IMG/VR virus record: IMGVR_UViG_3300032319_000846
Coordinates: 32,001-96,000 of that record
Strand: one strand, 5' to 3'
Length of the DNA: 64,000 nucleotides
DNA from: a virus
Taxonomy: Duplodnaviria > Caudoviricetes
Below, in pieces: positions 57,201 through 64,000 of this stretch (position 1 is the first letter of the stretch; every line of letters begins with the position of its first letter). The notes beneath the pieces are model-generated. The model did no database searches, was not told the origin of the DNA, and worked only from the letters and a program-made list of their open reading frames with translations. A program made the translations under genes and the position numbers.

Positions 57201-59333
57201 TTTTCTTTCATTAAATCTTGAAAGATTCCATATTTTATGTCCTAATTCTTTTTTGAAATTCTCATAAAGAACATATTTAGTAGTTTCTTCCTCATTATTA
57301 GGAGATATTTTATAAGGATTAATATATCTAATTGCTATATTTTTTTGCACTTTATCTAATTCTTTTGCTTTTGAAATAGCACTATCAACAAAAGAATATA
57401 CGCTTGAAATTTCTGTGTTGTTCCCAAAAAATTCTCCTAAATCCTCTTCTTTGTATTTTTTTAAATCTTCTAAATAACTTGTTAAAACATCTATCTTTCC
57501 ATTTTCAACAAATGGAGAAATAAATTCAAATAGATTTTGTTGTTTAAGATTTTGATAATTAAATTGGTCATTTCCTTGTGCAGCAATGTTTTGAGCTTCG
57601 GATAGATTTTCTGTAGCTAATGTTGATTTTATTTTATTAACAGCACTTCCACCAATAGAATTTGCATTAACACTGTTTAAATATTCTTGAAAAGCTTTAG
57701 GGGCATCGTCCTTAATCAATGTATTAAGTTGTTCAGCTAACACTTGATTTTTAGCAAGTTCTTCCTTTGTATTACCTTTGAAATCATCTCTCAACATTTC
57801 AAAGATTTTTGTACCTCCTTGTTGAGCAACCCCTCCAATTATCCCCATTAAAAAAGATTCTGCTCCTTCTTTAGAAAACACTTTAGATAAAGCATTTTTA
57901 TTTGCTTCCCAATTAGTTAATGTAGGAGATTTATCCTTATTTAAAAAAGCTGTTTTATATGTACTATTAGTAAGTTCATCAATATAAAGCTGTCCTAATT
58001 CTTCAAATCCTTCAGAAATAGATAGAGTGGATTTAGGAAATCTTGCTAAAAATCCTACACTACCCTCTGTTGCTTTTTTGACTGCTTTACCTACTCCTTT
58101 TTCCCAGAATGGAGAAGATGTTTTAAATTCAAATCCTTTTGTATTAACACCGAATTTCCTTGTAGCTTCATCAAAAATTACAGAGTTAGGTCTTACATCA
58201 TCCCAGAAAGATTTAGCAGTTCTACCCAATGGAAATGTTTCCATTAGTTTACCCACTTGTAAATAATTAGGAACAGCAAGTACAGCAAGGTTTAATAAAT
58301 ATCTATCCTGCCCTGCTTTTTTAGAAATCTTCTCTATAAGTTTTAAATCATCACCTTCTGCTTTTCTACCATTCTTTTGTTCATACAATTTTCCCAACTC
58401 TTGTTTCATCCTCTGCTCTCCTTCAAGAGCTTCAAATGAAGCTTCTCCATGAGCACCTACATACAATCTAAAAGCATCAGGAACCTTTTCTGCAAATCTT
58501 AAAATGTTAGCTTCTGTAGATAAAGCTGGATTTATTCTGCTAAAAGTGGAAGCTGCATCTGCAATTCCTTTTACAGCATTTTCCATTTTATCAACGGCAT
58601 AAATAGAAGAAGCAATTTTTCCTCCTAATTTAGCTGTACCATTTGCTACTTTAGCAAACGCTGTACCAACTCCTAATATTTTACTAAGTCCTCCTGTTAA
58701 ATACATTTCAGCAGCTACACCCAATCCATACCCTGCTGATTTAACAGCTTCTTGAAATCCCCCATCTCCAATAAAAGGAAGAAGATTTTGTATCCAGTGA
58801 TTATTTGCCCAATCTGATTTATAATTTCTGTTTTGAGCTTCTATCTCATCTCTCCATTCAAATAGAGATTTGTTTACTCCACTATCATATCCCAAATTAA
58901 ACTCTTTACCAAACTCTGTTTCTCCTATAGTGTTGTTCATCACACTTCCTATAACATTAGGAATTGTAGCAAGTCCTGTAGTAAACATAGAAGCAGCATT
59001 TGCTCCAAACACCTTAGTGGTGTTCCAAGCTCTTTCTGTTTCTGATTGAGTGTTTCTCATCGCATCCTCATAAGAAGGATTGGTGTTTATACTCTCAAAT
59101 ACAGTTTCATTAGGATAACGAGCAAGGTCTTCCTTACTCACTTCTGAATAAGGTGTGTTAAACTCATTATTCTTTTTAAAAGGAGTATTAGCTAATTTTT
59201 GTGCGGATGTAAGTAGGTCTTCTTTTCCTCTCACTCCTCCTATTGAAGGAACAATAAGTTTTGTTTTATCTGCTTGTGGTGCAGGAAAACTAAGAGGTAT
59301 GTTAGGAAAATTTGGTATAATAGGTTCTGGCAT
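51252..59333 (-). CDS. Giant polyvalent cargo/ejection protein with a variable central region
   Basis: 2693 aa; Gly/Ala-rich hydrophobic N-region with EGFEE...Q motif; central P-loop and ART-like modules. Confidence 0.75.
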   Translation of the reverse strand: MPEPIIPNFPNIPLSFPAPQADKTKLIVPSIGGVRGKEDLLTSAQKLANTPFKKNNEFNTPYSEVSKEDLARYPNETVFESINTNPSYEDAMRNTQSETERAWNTTKVFGANAASMFTTGLATIPNVIGSVMNNTIGETEFGKEFNLGYDSGVNKSLFEWRDEIEAQNRNYKSDWANNHWIQNLLPFIGDGGFQEAVKSAGYGLGVAAEMYLTGGLSKILGVGTAFAKVANGTAKLGGKIASSIYAVDKMENAVKGIADAASTFSRINPALSTEANILRFAEKVPDAFRLYVGAHGEASFEALEGEQRMKQELGKLYEQKNGRKAEGDDLKLIEKISKKAGQDRYLLNLAVLAVPNYLQVGKLMETFPLGRTAKSFWDDVRPNSVIFDEATRKFGVNTKGFEFKTSSPFWEKGVGKAVKKATEGSVGFLARFPKSTLSISEGFEELGQLYIDELTNSTYKTAFLNKDKSPTLTNWEANKNALSKVFSKEGAESFLMGIIGGVAQQGGTKIFEMLRDDFKGNTKEELAKNQVLAEQLNTLIKDDAPKAFQEYLNSVNANSIGGSAVNKIKSTLATENLSEAQNIAAQGNDQFNYQNLKQQNLFEFISPFVENGKIDVLTSYLEDLKKYKEEDLGEFFGNNTEISSVYSFVDSAISKAKELDKVQKNIAIRYINPYKISPNNEEETTKYVLYENFKKELGHKIWNLSRFNERKNEIASELGQYKDFFKLASESLSEFKTLIDSKITTLKGEIAAINAIPLSGEAGAFNRNLETLKLTQLEALENAKKNLDVKNEEEYVDAVRATFEAFTQETVDDIPDKLQRAFDLGLLDRSIKQTELIYKALDKQSGFETFIKDREAFFSDVTNKKELEKKIEENKDVIKSSNLDDDILNGIVAENNSKDIPEAIAKEQIKQVKKDQVEAVKVNEKANFYEYSGKFWKIIPEKGKEYIQELQADGKVKRPITKILYDKTKITLLPSSTKIVEPIKGVNVYFIADGKGYGRNTNSYENGEFTDKNYYPLKPDGKGYLSKLLFSPINIVPTQSFQTLAELNKALGVSPVEISTQDEWDVELPQADKTKPEFQIHPSILNLRKEGSERGILIYAEAGSGKSDFVSKYSPNVPVIEADDRIVKYLQEKYPLLSFTVEEIERRRKKELESISGIKRISGGKTSYAWRASDGSNVFSYDNVVSKEEVENKINEKYNKQINTLETSGYIGVLTNAGINFSEAESENVKNLLIDVIKENKNSVVLFSNLNVLSKFTTIDLIVNKKNKATLGNVPVYELEEGFVENLLRDGITVNKAKSFTQSKIVTVYHHTKTPIKDFDFNNFQRGKKQISQFGDGLNVSSNSTSFLINRYGNPIEGEIDEKDFIEIDSNKTGKEISILLKKQGFILSENYDDFNESLNINPGDSMVLFTDFQKNNNTVNGVKILNHVLGENNEKIAPFYVIYNAKSFYGKGSLNKKIQETPKVGSGVVDNPALSVESTAKALDEVVNDKNLSDQQKLMKGAEVISSVLEPVLENMPNADKLALAELTGDKTNAIKKNKIAIEYVKAKINNSNPELVKAVESLLFKEQSTSTTQSGIEAKKADIERRREELGLQKVLNIYPPDQSSGYRIKIKGDKYEVLVQFTGKKWDIFPKQKNGKFQATDPETGNALIINKEQGRKLVEKYLPKKLIDLIEQAESIKGIENQQKFEQGKIKEYVDLFRKEWLQERIPIEKELLEFYQSDKFDREKESKERVIKAQQGVIAKYNVELVELYRKEEQAEYAAMSNPNDEAKKKEIYDRYDKLITPLLNKIKKDVTPTQSNEGSILYYGGTDENGKFYDDYKRKAGEEFYFQIVPNADGTAKLIPNTSLQTAKVMLENRNIFDASVVFDKVSYTPTKMFVLEDGIVQKTTDGWEIIKKAVVTIIDEKTNIEKAIQDELNNLINKYSIKPRIKDYVINKNTTERDLQRQFLIGYNMAVSIKKDIDFIYSKYNKNLTPLENTQNLLQSNEEEKGISNVTNLLYEIAPIKAFGTQDPVALVEAYISALKSWELPEVPTFGFDNRENRKAAREWFSTLFKQHQISLINKLKLKFPNNWKQVLAENVEIIREDGGSNASLGNGLQQNGNVQRWTFVINKQFVQDTLGRTYPTDFPFVLHSIKGENGVTYNGQSIIDLPFEKIKDLGINGRITEQKQWDDFVKKYKATINLLNKGVSFSQAFDLEHEVYGFLTKDSEFRKTDYQNVGKEYVYNTYEIDGKNYIVYVINPTDGFSEQSVVYLLDENYNPITDVEAENAIINEISTNTNEVINHQGRQLVSTRMDGGKKLFTSVPLKQKDFSNLSAVIDFLKANEKNPKEEISVDGIYISIQDYKADGGLRFNAPKSLNKPQYEFSISLVPINKQDDVKKTIYISIDKNTKDFQGDLLKKLKDQAIKQKDKKDNSGLKYFTKETKVELLESLKDKNTAGDDLATLPYLVANTLPVQYNVDRWVLIPKTNIVKATPTVQTIPVAQVVEEIEFNAENTGEEIPFVPTINKSTETKEIKSGDILQVYSVDTDNPVAEYILTKEGNQYKMAELSNPSDTLPLKEQLLFDNLSKDDNTMGKWRIKRNSSNKTKEETIEQKVFNLLKNEQGVIYINSLPYWGITNLKGFFMNDKLLDKKLNDLLLGDTSKGKKALNKLIDTGNVDVKYAFTQRTPTTRIEDNNITQRVNNILASCF

Positions 59334-61873
59334 TATTTGTAAGCGTTAGAGTCAGAATTAATTGTATTTGTAAGAATATCAGCAGCCATATCCACCCATT
59401 TATCTTTAGGAATATTTTTAGCAATAAACATTTGATGAATTTCCTGCATTCGTTCTTCTATAGCTACTTCCAATTCTTCTGCTCTTTTAGATGTGTAAAT
59501 CTCTTGACCTTGTTTTAAGGGTCTTGGATTATTTCCTCTTCTAATTATTACTTGAAAACTATCTGAACTGGGATTATAACCAATTTCGTAAGGAACCACT
59601 ATCCCTTTGTATGTTGTATTTAAAGCTCCTGATGTTTTATTTCTTTTTATCATATCAGAAAATCTTGTATCAGTGTTTTTGTTTCCCATCCATAAAGCTG
59701 TTTGAGCAGGATTAAGCTGTACAACACCAACAATAGTTTCTGCATTATCTCCACTTCCTTTTTTAAATTTCACTGTAGCAAGTCCTTGAGAAGAAACAGA
59801 TAGTACATTATCTATTTCAACATCTTTTAAATCATCTGCATTTTTTTCTGCAAGTTTTCCTAATTGTTGTCCCCATAAAGGAAATGTTCCTTCTTTTCCT
59901 GTAAGTTTTACTCCTTCTTGCAAAGCTGTATCAAGAATACCATTAGTTAACGCTCCCCAAGAATAATCTCCTTTTTCAGTTTTCATTAAGTCTTTATTAG
60001 GAGTGATGTTATAAAATAACTTTTTAGAAGTTTCGTGTTTAGCAAGTCTTTTGTTTAGTTCAGCTAAAGGTGTTTTTTCATTAATTGCAACTTTTCTTTT
60101 ATTAGCTTTCCACACATCAAATTCTGCAAATCTTGGAGTACCTTTTCCTCCTGCTGAAGCTAGGTTTTTATCAAACTGCATTTTTTCTATTTCATATTGT
60201 TCTCTTGAAAAATCTTGCACTTTAGCTTTTTCTAATTCTGCTCTGCTTATTTTTCTTTCTTTTAATATAGCATCTTCTGTATCTTTATACAACTTTGATA
60301 AATCAGCAGCCATTACAAACTCCTTTTGAGCTTGATTCATTGCTTTTGCTACATCAGGATTAGCTATAAAATAAGCACCATCATCTTTTCCATCTCTTAT
60401 ATCTATCCACTTTTGTCTCACCTGATTATAGAGTCTTCTTATTTCTATTCCTTTTGCATCTTTTTTTGTATCTCTATTTATAACCCCTGTAACTTCTCCT
60501 ATTGAAGTAGAAGTTTTTACTTTAGCAGCAGCATTAAAGTACCCATTAGTCGTAAGAATATTTACTACAGTGTCTTTTATTAGTTCATCTCCTCTTTTTA
60601 AATTAGAAGCAATCTCATTATTATAGTTATCAATATAGTCTGCATCAGGGTCTGATAACACACCTGAAGAAGGTGCTGTGTAGGTTCCTCCATAAGCTTC
60701 TAACATTCCTACTCCGTTTTGAGGAAGCTTTCCTGTAGCTTTAAGTGCTTTAATATCTAATTCTCTTTGTTTAAGTTGAAAATTTAAAGTGTCTTTTTGA
60801 GCATTATAATCCATTGTAGCTTGAAATCTTGCATCAGTTCTTTCTTCTCTCTTTTTAAGAACACCATAAGGGTCAGCTGTAAGTTTTTGGTCACTCCAAG
60901 CTTGTCTTGCTGCAAAATCTAATAATCCATCTCTTTGGTTTTGTAAAGCTAATTGTTGTATATCAATTTTTCCAGTTAACAATGCTTCTTTTTCTTCTGT
61001 TAATTGTTTGAGGGCTTCTTCTCCTCTTTGTAAAAATATTTCAGATTCAGAAACATCTTTGTTCTCTGCTCTATCTAACAGCATTTTATTAACAGTGGAA
61101 GTCATTCTTTCACTGTAATTTTCAATAGCTGCGTTTTTTAAAGCTAAAGCTCTTTCTGTTATTTGTTGTGGAGTTTTAGATTTAACATCATACCAAGCAT
61201 TTACATCCATCTGCTTTTGAAATCTATTATCTGTTAAGATTTTATCATAAGCAATTTGTTGTAATTGTTCTGGTGTTACTCTTTTTCCATTTACAATATA
61301 TTTACCATCTGTTGTGGGAATACTACTTCCTTTGATTTCTTTAATGGTTTTAAGAAGTTCTGCATTCTGGTCAAAAAAATATGTAGGAGAACTATCAGTA
61401 AAATTCTTAGTTTGATTGTTTAACCAAGGCATCACTTTCTTCTCTAAATCATATTGATAATTAATAGGAGAATTGTATTGAGCAAACTTAGGGTTATTTT
61501 GAATATTGTCCCAAGACTTCATCCATTTTCTATATTGAACTGTAGAAGATACAGCATCCTTCACTTCTTTATCATTTGCTATAGAATTAACATCTGAAGC
61601 AAGAGAAGAAGCTAATTTCACATCACTTAAATCTGTATTTCCCAAAGAGTTCAAGCCTTCTACTTTAGCTTGCATTTTTCTACTAAACATTTCTACATCA
61701 TCTTTCTTTACCAAATCTGTTGTAGAAGCTAATTTATCAAGGTTGTTTTGTACAGTGAGAAATCCTCTATCATATTGTTCCTGTTTTTTAGAAACAGCAG
61801 AATATAAAGGAGAGGTGTCCATTGTAGAAATGGGTTGAAGAATAGGAATTCCTGCTGAATATTTACTTACCAT
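59333..61873 (-). CDS. Virion cargo protein (crAss-like)
   Basis: 846 aa; KQEQYD N-terminal motif; ADPY; position upstream of the giant cargo genes. Confidence 0.7.
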   Translation of the reverse strand: MVSKYSAGIPILQPISTMDTSPLYSAVSKKQEQYDRGFLTVQNNLDKLASTTDLVKKDDVEMFSRKMQAKVEGLNSLGNTDLSDVKLASSLASDVNSIANDKEVKDAVSSTVQYRKWMKSWDNIQNNPKFAQYNSPINYQYDLEKKVMPWLNNQTKNFTDSSPTYFFDQNAELLKTIKEIKGSSIPTTDGKYIVNGKRVTPEQLQQIAYDKILTDNRFQKQMDVNAWYDVKSKTPQQITERALALKNAAIENYSERMTSTVNKMLLDRAENKDVSESEIFLQRGEEALKQLTEEKEALLTGKIDIQQLALQNQRDGLLDFAARQAWSDQKLTADPYGVLKKREERTDARFQATMDYNAQKDTLNFQLKQRELDIKALKATGKLPQNGVGMLEAYGGTYTAPSSGVLSDPDADYIDNYNNEIASNLKRGDELIKDTVVNILTTNGYFNAAAKVKTSTSIGEVTGVINRDTKKDAKGIEIRRLYNQVRQKWIDIRDGKDDGAYFIANPDVAKAMNQAQKEFVMAADLSKLYKDTEDAILKERKISRAELEKAKVQDFSREQYEIEKMQFDKNLASAGGKGTPRFAEFDVWKANKRKVAINEKTPLAELNKRLAKHETSKKLFYNITPNKDLMKTEKGDYSWGALTNGILDTALQEGVKLTGKEGTFPLWGQQLGKLAEKNADDLKDVEIDNVLSVSSQGLATVKFKKGSGDNAETIVGVVQLNPAQTALWMGNKNTDTRFSDMIKRNKTSGALNTTYKGIVVPYEIGYNPSSDSFQVIIRRGNNPRPLKQGQEIYTSKRAEELEVAIEERMQEIHQMFIAKNIPKDKWVDMAADILTNTINSDSNAYK

Positions 61874-61931
61874 TTTATTTCTAATTATTTTTCATTAGAT
61901 GTTCTAACGTATAATTGTTAGAATTAAGAAA

Positions 61932-61939
61932 CAAAAATA
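61932..61939 (-). promoter_or_regulatory. Minus-strand -7 element (TATTTTTG) upstream of the cargo operon
   Basis: CAAAAATA on the + strand; no clear -33 element. Confidence 0.4.
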
Positions 61940-62006
61940 GGTGTAGAATCTGTAATTTAACAGTTCTAATTAGAATTTGTATTACCTTAAATATTTCTAG
62001 ATTTAT

Positions 62007-62037
62007 TTTGAATTATAAATATAAATCATTAATTTTG
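62007..62037 (+). promoter_or_regulatory. Canonical Bacteroidota promoter
   Basis: TTTG (62007-10), N19, TAATTTTG (62030-37). Confidence 0.75.
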
Positions 62038-62057
62038 AGCATAAAACAATAAATAAC

Positions 62058-62231
62058 ATGCCACGTAAAAAATCTATTTCTGTTCCTACTATTTCTGAAA
62101 GAGTTTTAGAAGTGATAGCAAAACCAATTAATTTAGCAATTTCAAATATACCAATAATAGAAACTGATGAAAATTCTATTGAAAGAAATTCAGATGGAAC
62201 TTGGATTCAACTAAATCCTAATGCAGAATAA
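62058..62231 (+). CDS. Small hypothetical protein (57 aa, not in ORF track)
   Basis: MPRKKSISVP...LNPNAE*; A-rich leader directly after the promoter. Confidence 0.65.
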   Translation: MPRKKSISVPTISERVLEVIAKPINLAISNIPIIETDENSIERNSDGTWIQLNPNAE

Positions 62232-62232
62232 T

Positions 62233-62493
62233 ATGTTTGATACATATAAATTAAATGGTATAGATGTTTATCAAGAGCACCTATATCAATCTGATGTTAC
62301 TGTTCTTGATAGAGCTACAGGATATACAAGAAGAATTCCTGTAAAAAGTACATTAAAAGATTTTGAAAAAATAATACAGGAAGTAGCTGAGCATTATAAA
62401 AAAGGTTATATTCTTCCAGAGAATCTCAAATTTGAAAATAAAACATTTGAAGAAATCATTAAAATTTTAAAAAATGAAAATAGAACTAATTGA
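62233..62493 (+). CDS. Hypothetical protein
   Basis: ATG at 62233 just after the previous stop. Confidence 0.65.
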   Translation: MFDTYKLNGIDVYQEHLYQSDVTVLDRATGYTRRIPVKSTLKDFEKIIQEVAEHYKKGYILPENLKFENKTFEEIIKILKNENRTN

Positions 62494-62806
62494 TTGTACT
62501 ATTAAAGGAGAAACAATTTCCTATCCTATGTATTGTATTAAAATAGATGAAGTGATACATAAAAATATTTTACTTTTTCCTGTAGAATTTCCTCAATCTA
62601 TTGAGAACTATTTAAATAGTTTTGCATTAAATCTATCTGATGATAATTTTAGTTTTACCTACTACCCTATTATAAGGTTGTTTTATAAAGAAAAATACTA
62701 TTGGATGGATTATGCACATATTCAAAATCTATCATCAGGACTTTTTCAAGAATTTGAACAATACTTTAAACCTTATCATAATGAAAATAGTAAACAACAA
62801 GATTGA
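62474..62806 (+). CDS. Hypothetical protein
   Basis: Overlapping ORF. Confidence 0.6.
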   Translation: MKIELIDCTIKGETISYPMYCIKIDEVIHKNILLFPVEFPQSIENYLNSFALNLSDDNFSFTYYPIIRLFYKEKYYWMDYAHIQNLSSGLFQEFEQYFKPYHNENSKQQD

Positions 62807-63197
62807 AATTGATATTGATGAGTTAAATGCTGAAATGATTAATAAGCTAATTAATTTCTTTCAGATTCCTACAGATGGAATAAGCGATGGATGGCATTCA
62901 TTTGAAGAATTATACGAATTTAGAAAAATGTATAATGCTGCTTTGTTTAACACACTTGCTGTAGATGAATATGATTATTTTGTTCATAAATCATGGAAAC
63001 ATTATGATGGAGAATATTGTTTTGAAAAAGAAAAGAAATGGTTTATAGTTTCTGCTCTATTACCAACAGGACTGATTAGCAATCATTATAAAGCTAAAGA
63101 TTGGGAGCTGTTTAAAATTCGTGAAGTGGATAAAGCTTTATTTGAATTTGATGGACATACACCAAAAGATGTACTTGAAAGATTAAAATCTTTATAA
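62781..63197 (+). CDS. WDGH-like conserved phage protein
   Basis: SDGWHSFEELY, KSWKHYDG, ISNHY, FDGHT. Confidence 0.75.
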   Translation: MKIVNNKIEIDIDELNAEMINKLINFFQIPTDGISDGWHSFEELYEFRKMYNAALFNTLAVDEYDYFVHKSWKHYDGEYCFEKEKKWFIVSALLPTGLISNHYKAKDWELFKIREVDKALFEFDGHTPKDVLERLKSL

Positions 63198-63198
63198 T

Positions 63199-63642
63199 AT
63201 GGAATCTAAAAAATGGTTTGATAAAAATGTTTATAATTTAGTTCAGGAATATGAACGAAATAAGGAAGACAGAGTATTTTTTGATACAGATTATAATATA
63301 ATGAAAGGTAAATTAGCAAGAATGCAATATTTTGCTAATAGACAAAAGAAAAATTATAATGCTTCATCTGAGAGTTATATTCAAACAAGAAAGTTCTTGG
63401 AATCAAAAGGATTCATGAATGTTATAGATAATTACTTTTGTAAATATATTGAAAGAAAAGGTTATAAATTGAATATAACTTTTAAAGTAATAAACCCTAT
63501 TTTATCAATGAGTTGTGCTTCTGATGTACAATACTGTAATTGTCATACATCCTGTTGCGGTAAAGAATATCAAAACTTCATTATAGAAGAAGCAACATTT
63601 GATGAAGAGATAAATAAAATAATTAAACTACAGGAAGAATAA
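63199..63642 (+). CDS. Hypothetical protein with a Cys/His cluster
   Basis: SC...YCNCHTSCCG. Confidence 0.65.
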   Translation: MESKKWFDKNVYNLVQEYERNKEDRVFFDTDYNIMKGKLARMQYFANRQKKNYNASSESYIQTRKFLESKGFMNVIDNYFCKYIERKGYKLNITFKVINPILSMSCASDVQYCNCHTSCCGKEYQNFIIEEATFDEEINKIIKLQEE

Positions 63643-63643
63643 T

Positions 63644-63675
63644 AAAAAAGCTCTCTAATAGAGAGCTTTTGTTTT
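63644..63675. terminator. Bidirectional terminator overlapping the stop of the minus-strand gene
   Basis: aaaagctctct-aat-agagagctttt. Confidence 0.8.
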
Positions 63676-63999
63676 TAAACCAAATTTACTAACATAGGAA
63701 TTTTTAAATTTCTGCCCTTGCTTTATTCCATATAAGATGTTTCCTTCATTATCAATCTGCAAATCATAATTAGGATTTATCATACTACTTATAGCTGCAT
63801 TCATCATATTTTGATTTCCCTCTCTTTGCTTATTCATTTTAAATTGAGCAGCTTGTAAGTCTATAAGATTGTCCACGTTATCCTTTGCAGCTAATGTTTT
63901 CATCCAATCATCTGTATATCCTGCTCTGTTAGCATCATCTATTTGTGATTGTTGAGATTTAATTCCTGCAACTGTATTATTCCAAGTAATCTTTCTCTC
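63655..63999 (-). CDS. C-terminal part of a structural/cargo protein that continues beyond the window
   Basis: Frame stays open to the window end (ERKITW...DDWM...). Confidence 0.7.
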   Translation of the reverse strand, partial: ERKITWNNTVAGIKSQQSQIDDANRAGYTDDWMKTLAAKDNVDNLIDLQAAQFKMNKQREGNQNMMNAAISSMINPNYDLQIDNEGNILYGIKQGQKFKNSYVSKFGLKTKALY

Positions 64000-64000
64000 T

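Noticed and set aside
18297-60329. Numerous + strand ORFs (e.g. 27596-28462, 26990-27514, 32753-33325) inside the structural block
   Set aside because: They are antisense shadows of long T/G/A-rich minus-strand genes, with V/P/A-biased translations and no plausible initiation context.
1-64000. Stop-codon reassignment (TAG=Gln or TGA=Trp), known in some crAss-like phages
   Set aside because: Giant genes are uninterrupted in code 11, and TAG and TGA both end genes at coupled junctions.
1-64000. tRNAs, CRISPR arrays, DGR/reverse transcriptase, integrase, invertase
   Set aside because: No cloverleaf, regularly spaced repeat or corresponding enzyme motif was seen, and intergenic space is minimal.

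Overview
AT-rich window from a lytic crAss-like (Crassvirales-type or phi14:2-related) phage of a Bacteroidota host. The host call rests on TAnnTTTG promoters and A-rich translation starts without Shine-Dalgarno motifs. The genetic code is standard. 1-18252 (+): accessory/metabolic block with an ATP-grasp + class II glutamine amidotransferase + COOH-NH2 amidoligase trio, HNH and GIY-YIG-like nucleases, a catalytically degenerate UNG homologue, ThyX, a MazG-like NTP pyrophosphatase, a GH73-like muramidase with a signal peptide, and about 45 small hypothetical ORFs. A bidirectional terminator at about 18255-18279 closes this block. 18294-36880 (-): a large receptor-binding module with two beta-helix tailspikes, glycoside-hydrolase-like and lectin-like proteins, and long repeat fibres that reuse docking-like domains. 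36990-61873 (-): four giant virion cargo proteins, including a 3231-aa virion RNA polymerase (GSDFDIDK). 62058-63642 (+): a small island with its own promoter that interrupts the structural block. The most interesting signals are: (1) accessory cassettes in the putative ejected proteins (ART-like and P-loop modules in the 2693-aa protein; NADAR-like, DUF4326-like and zincin modules in the vRNAP), several bounded by recurring linker motifs; (2) promoters embedded in hairpins; (3) synonymous avoidance of CCWGG and GATC. All domain calls are by-eye motif recognition; no searches were run.
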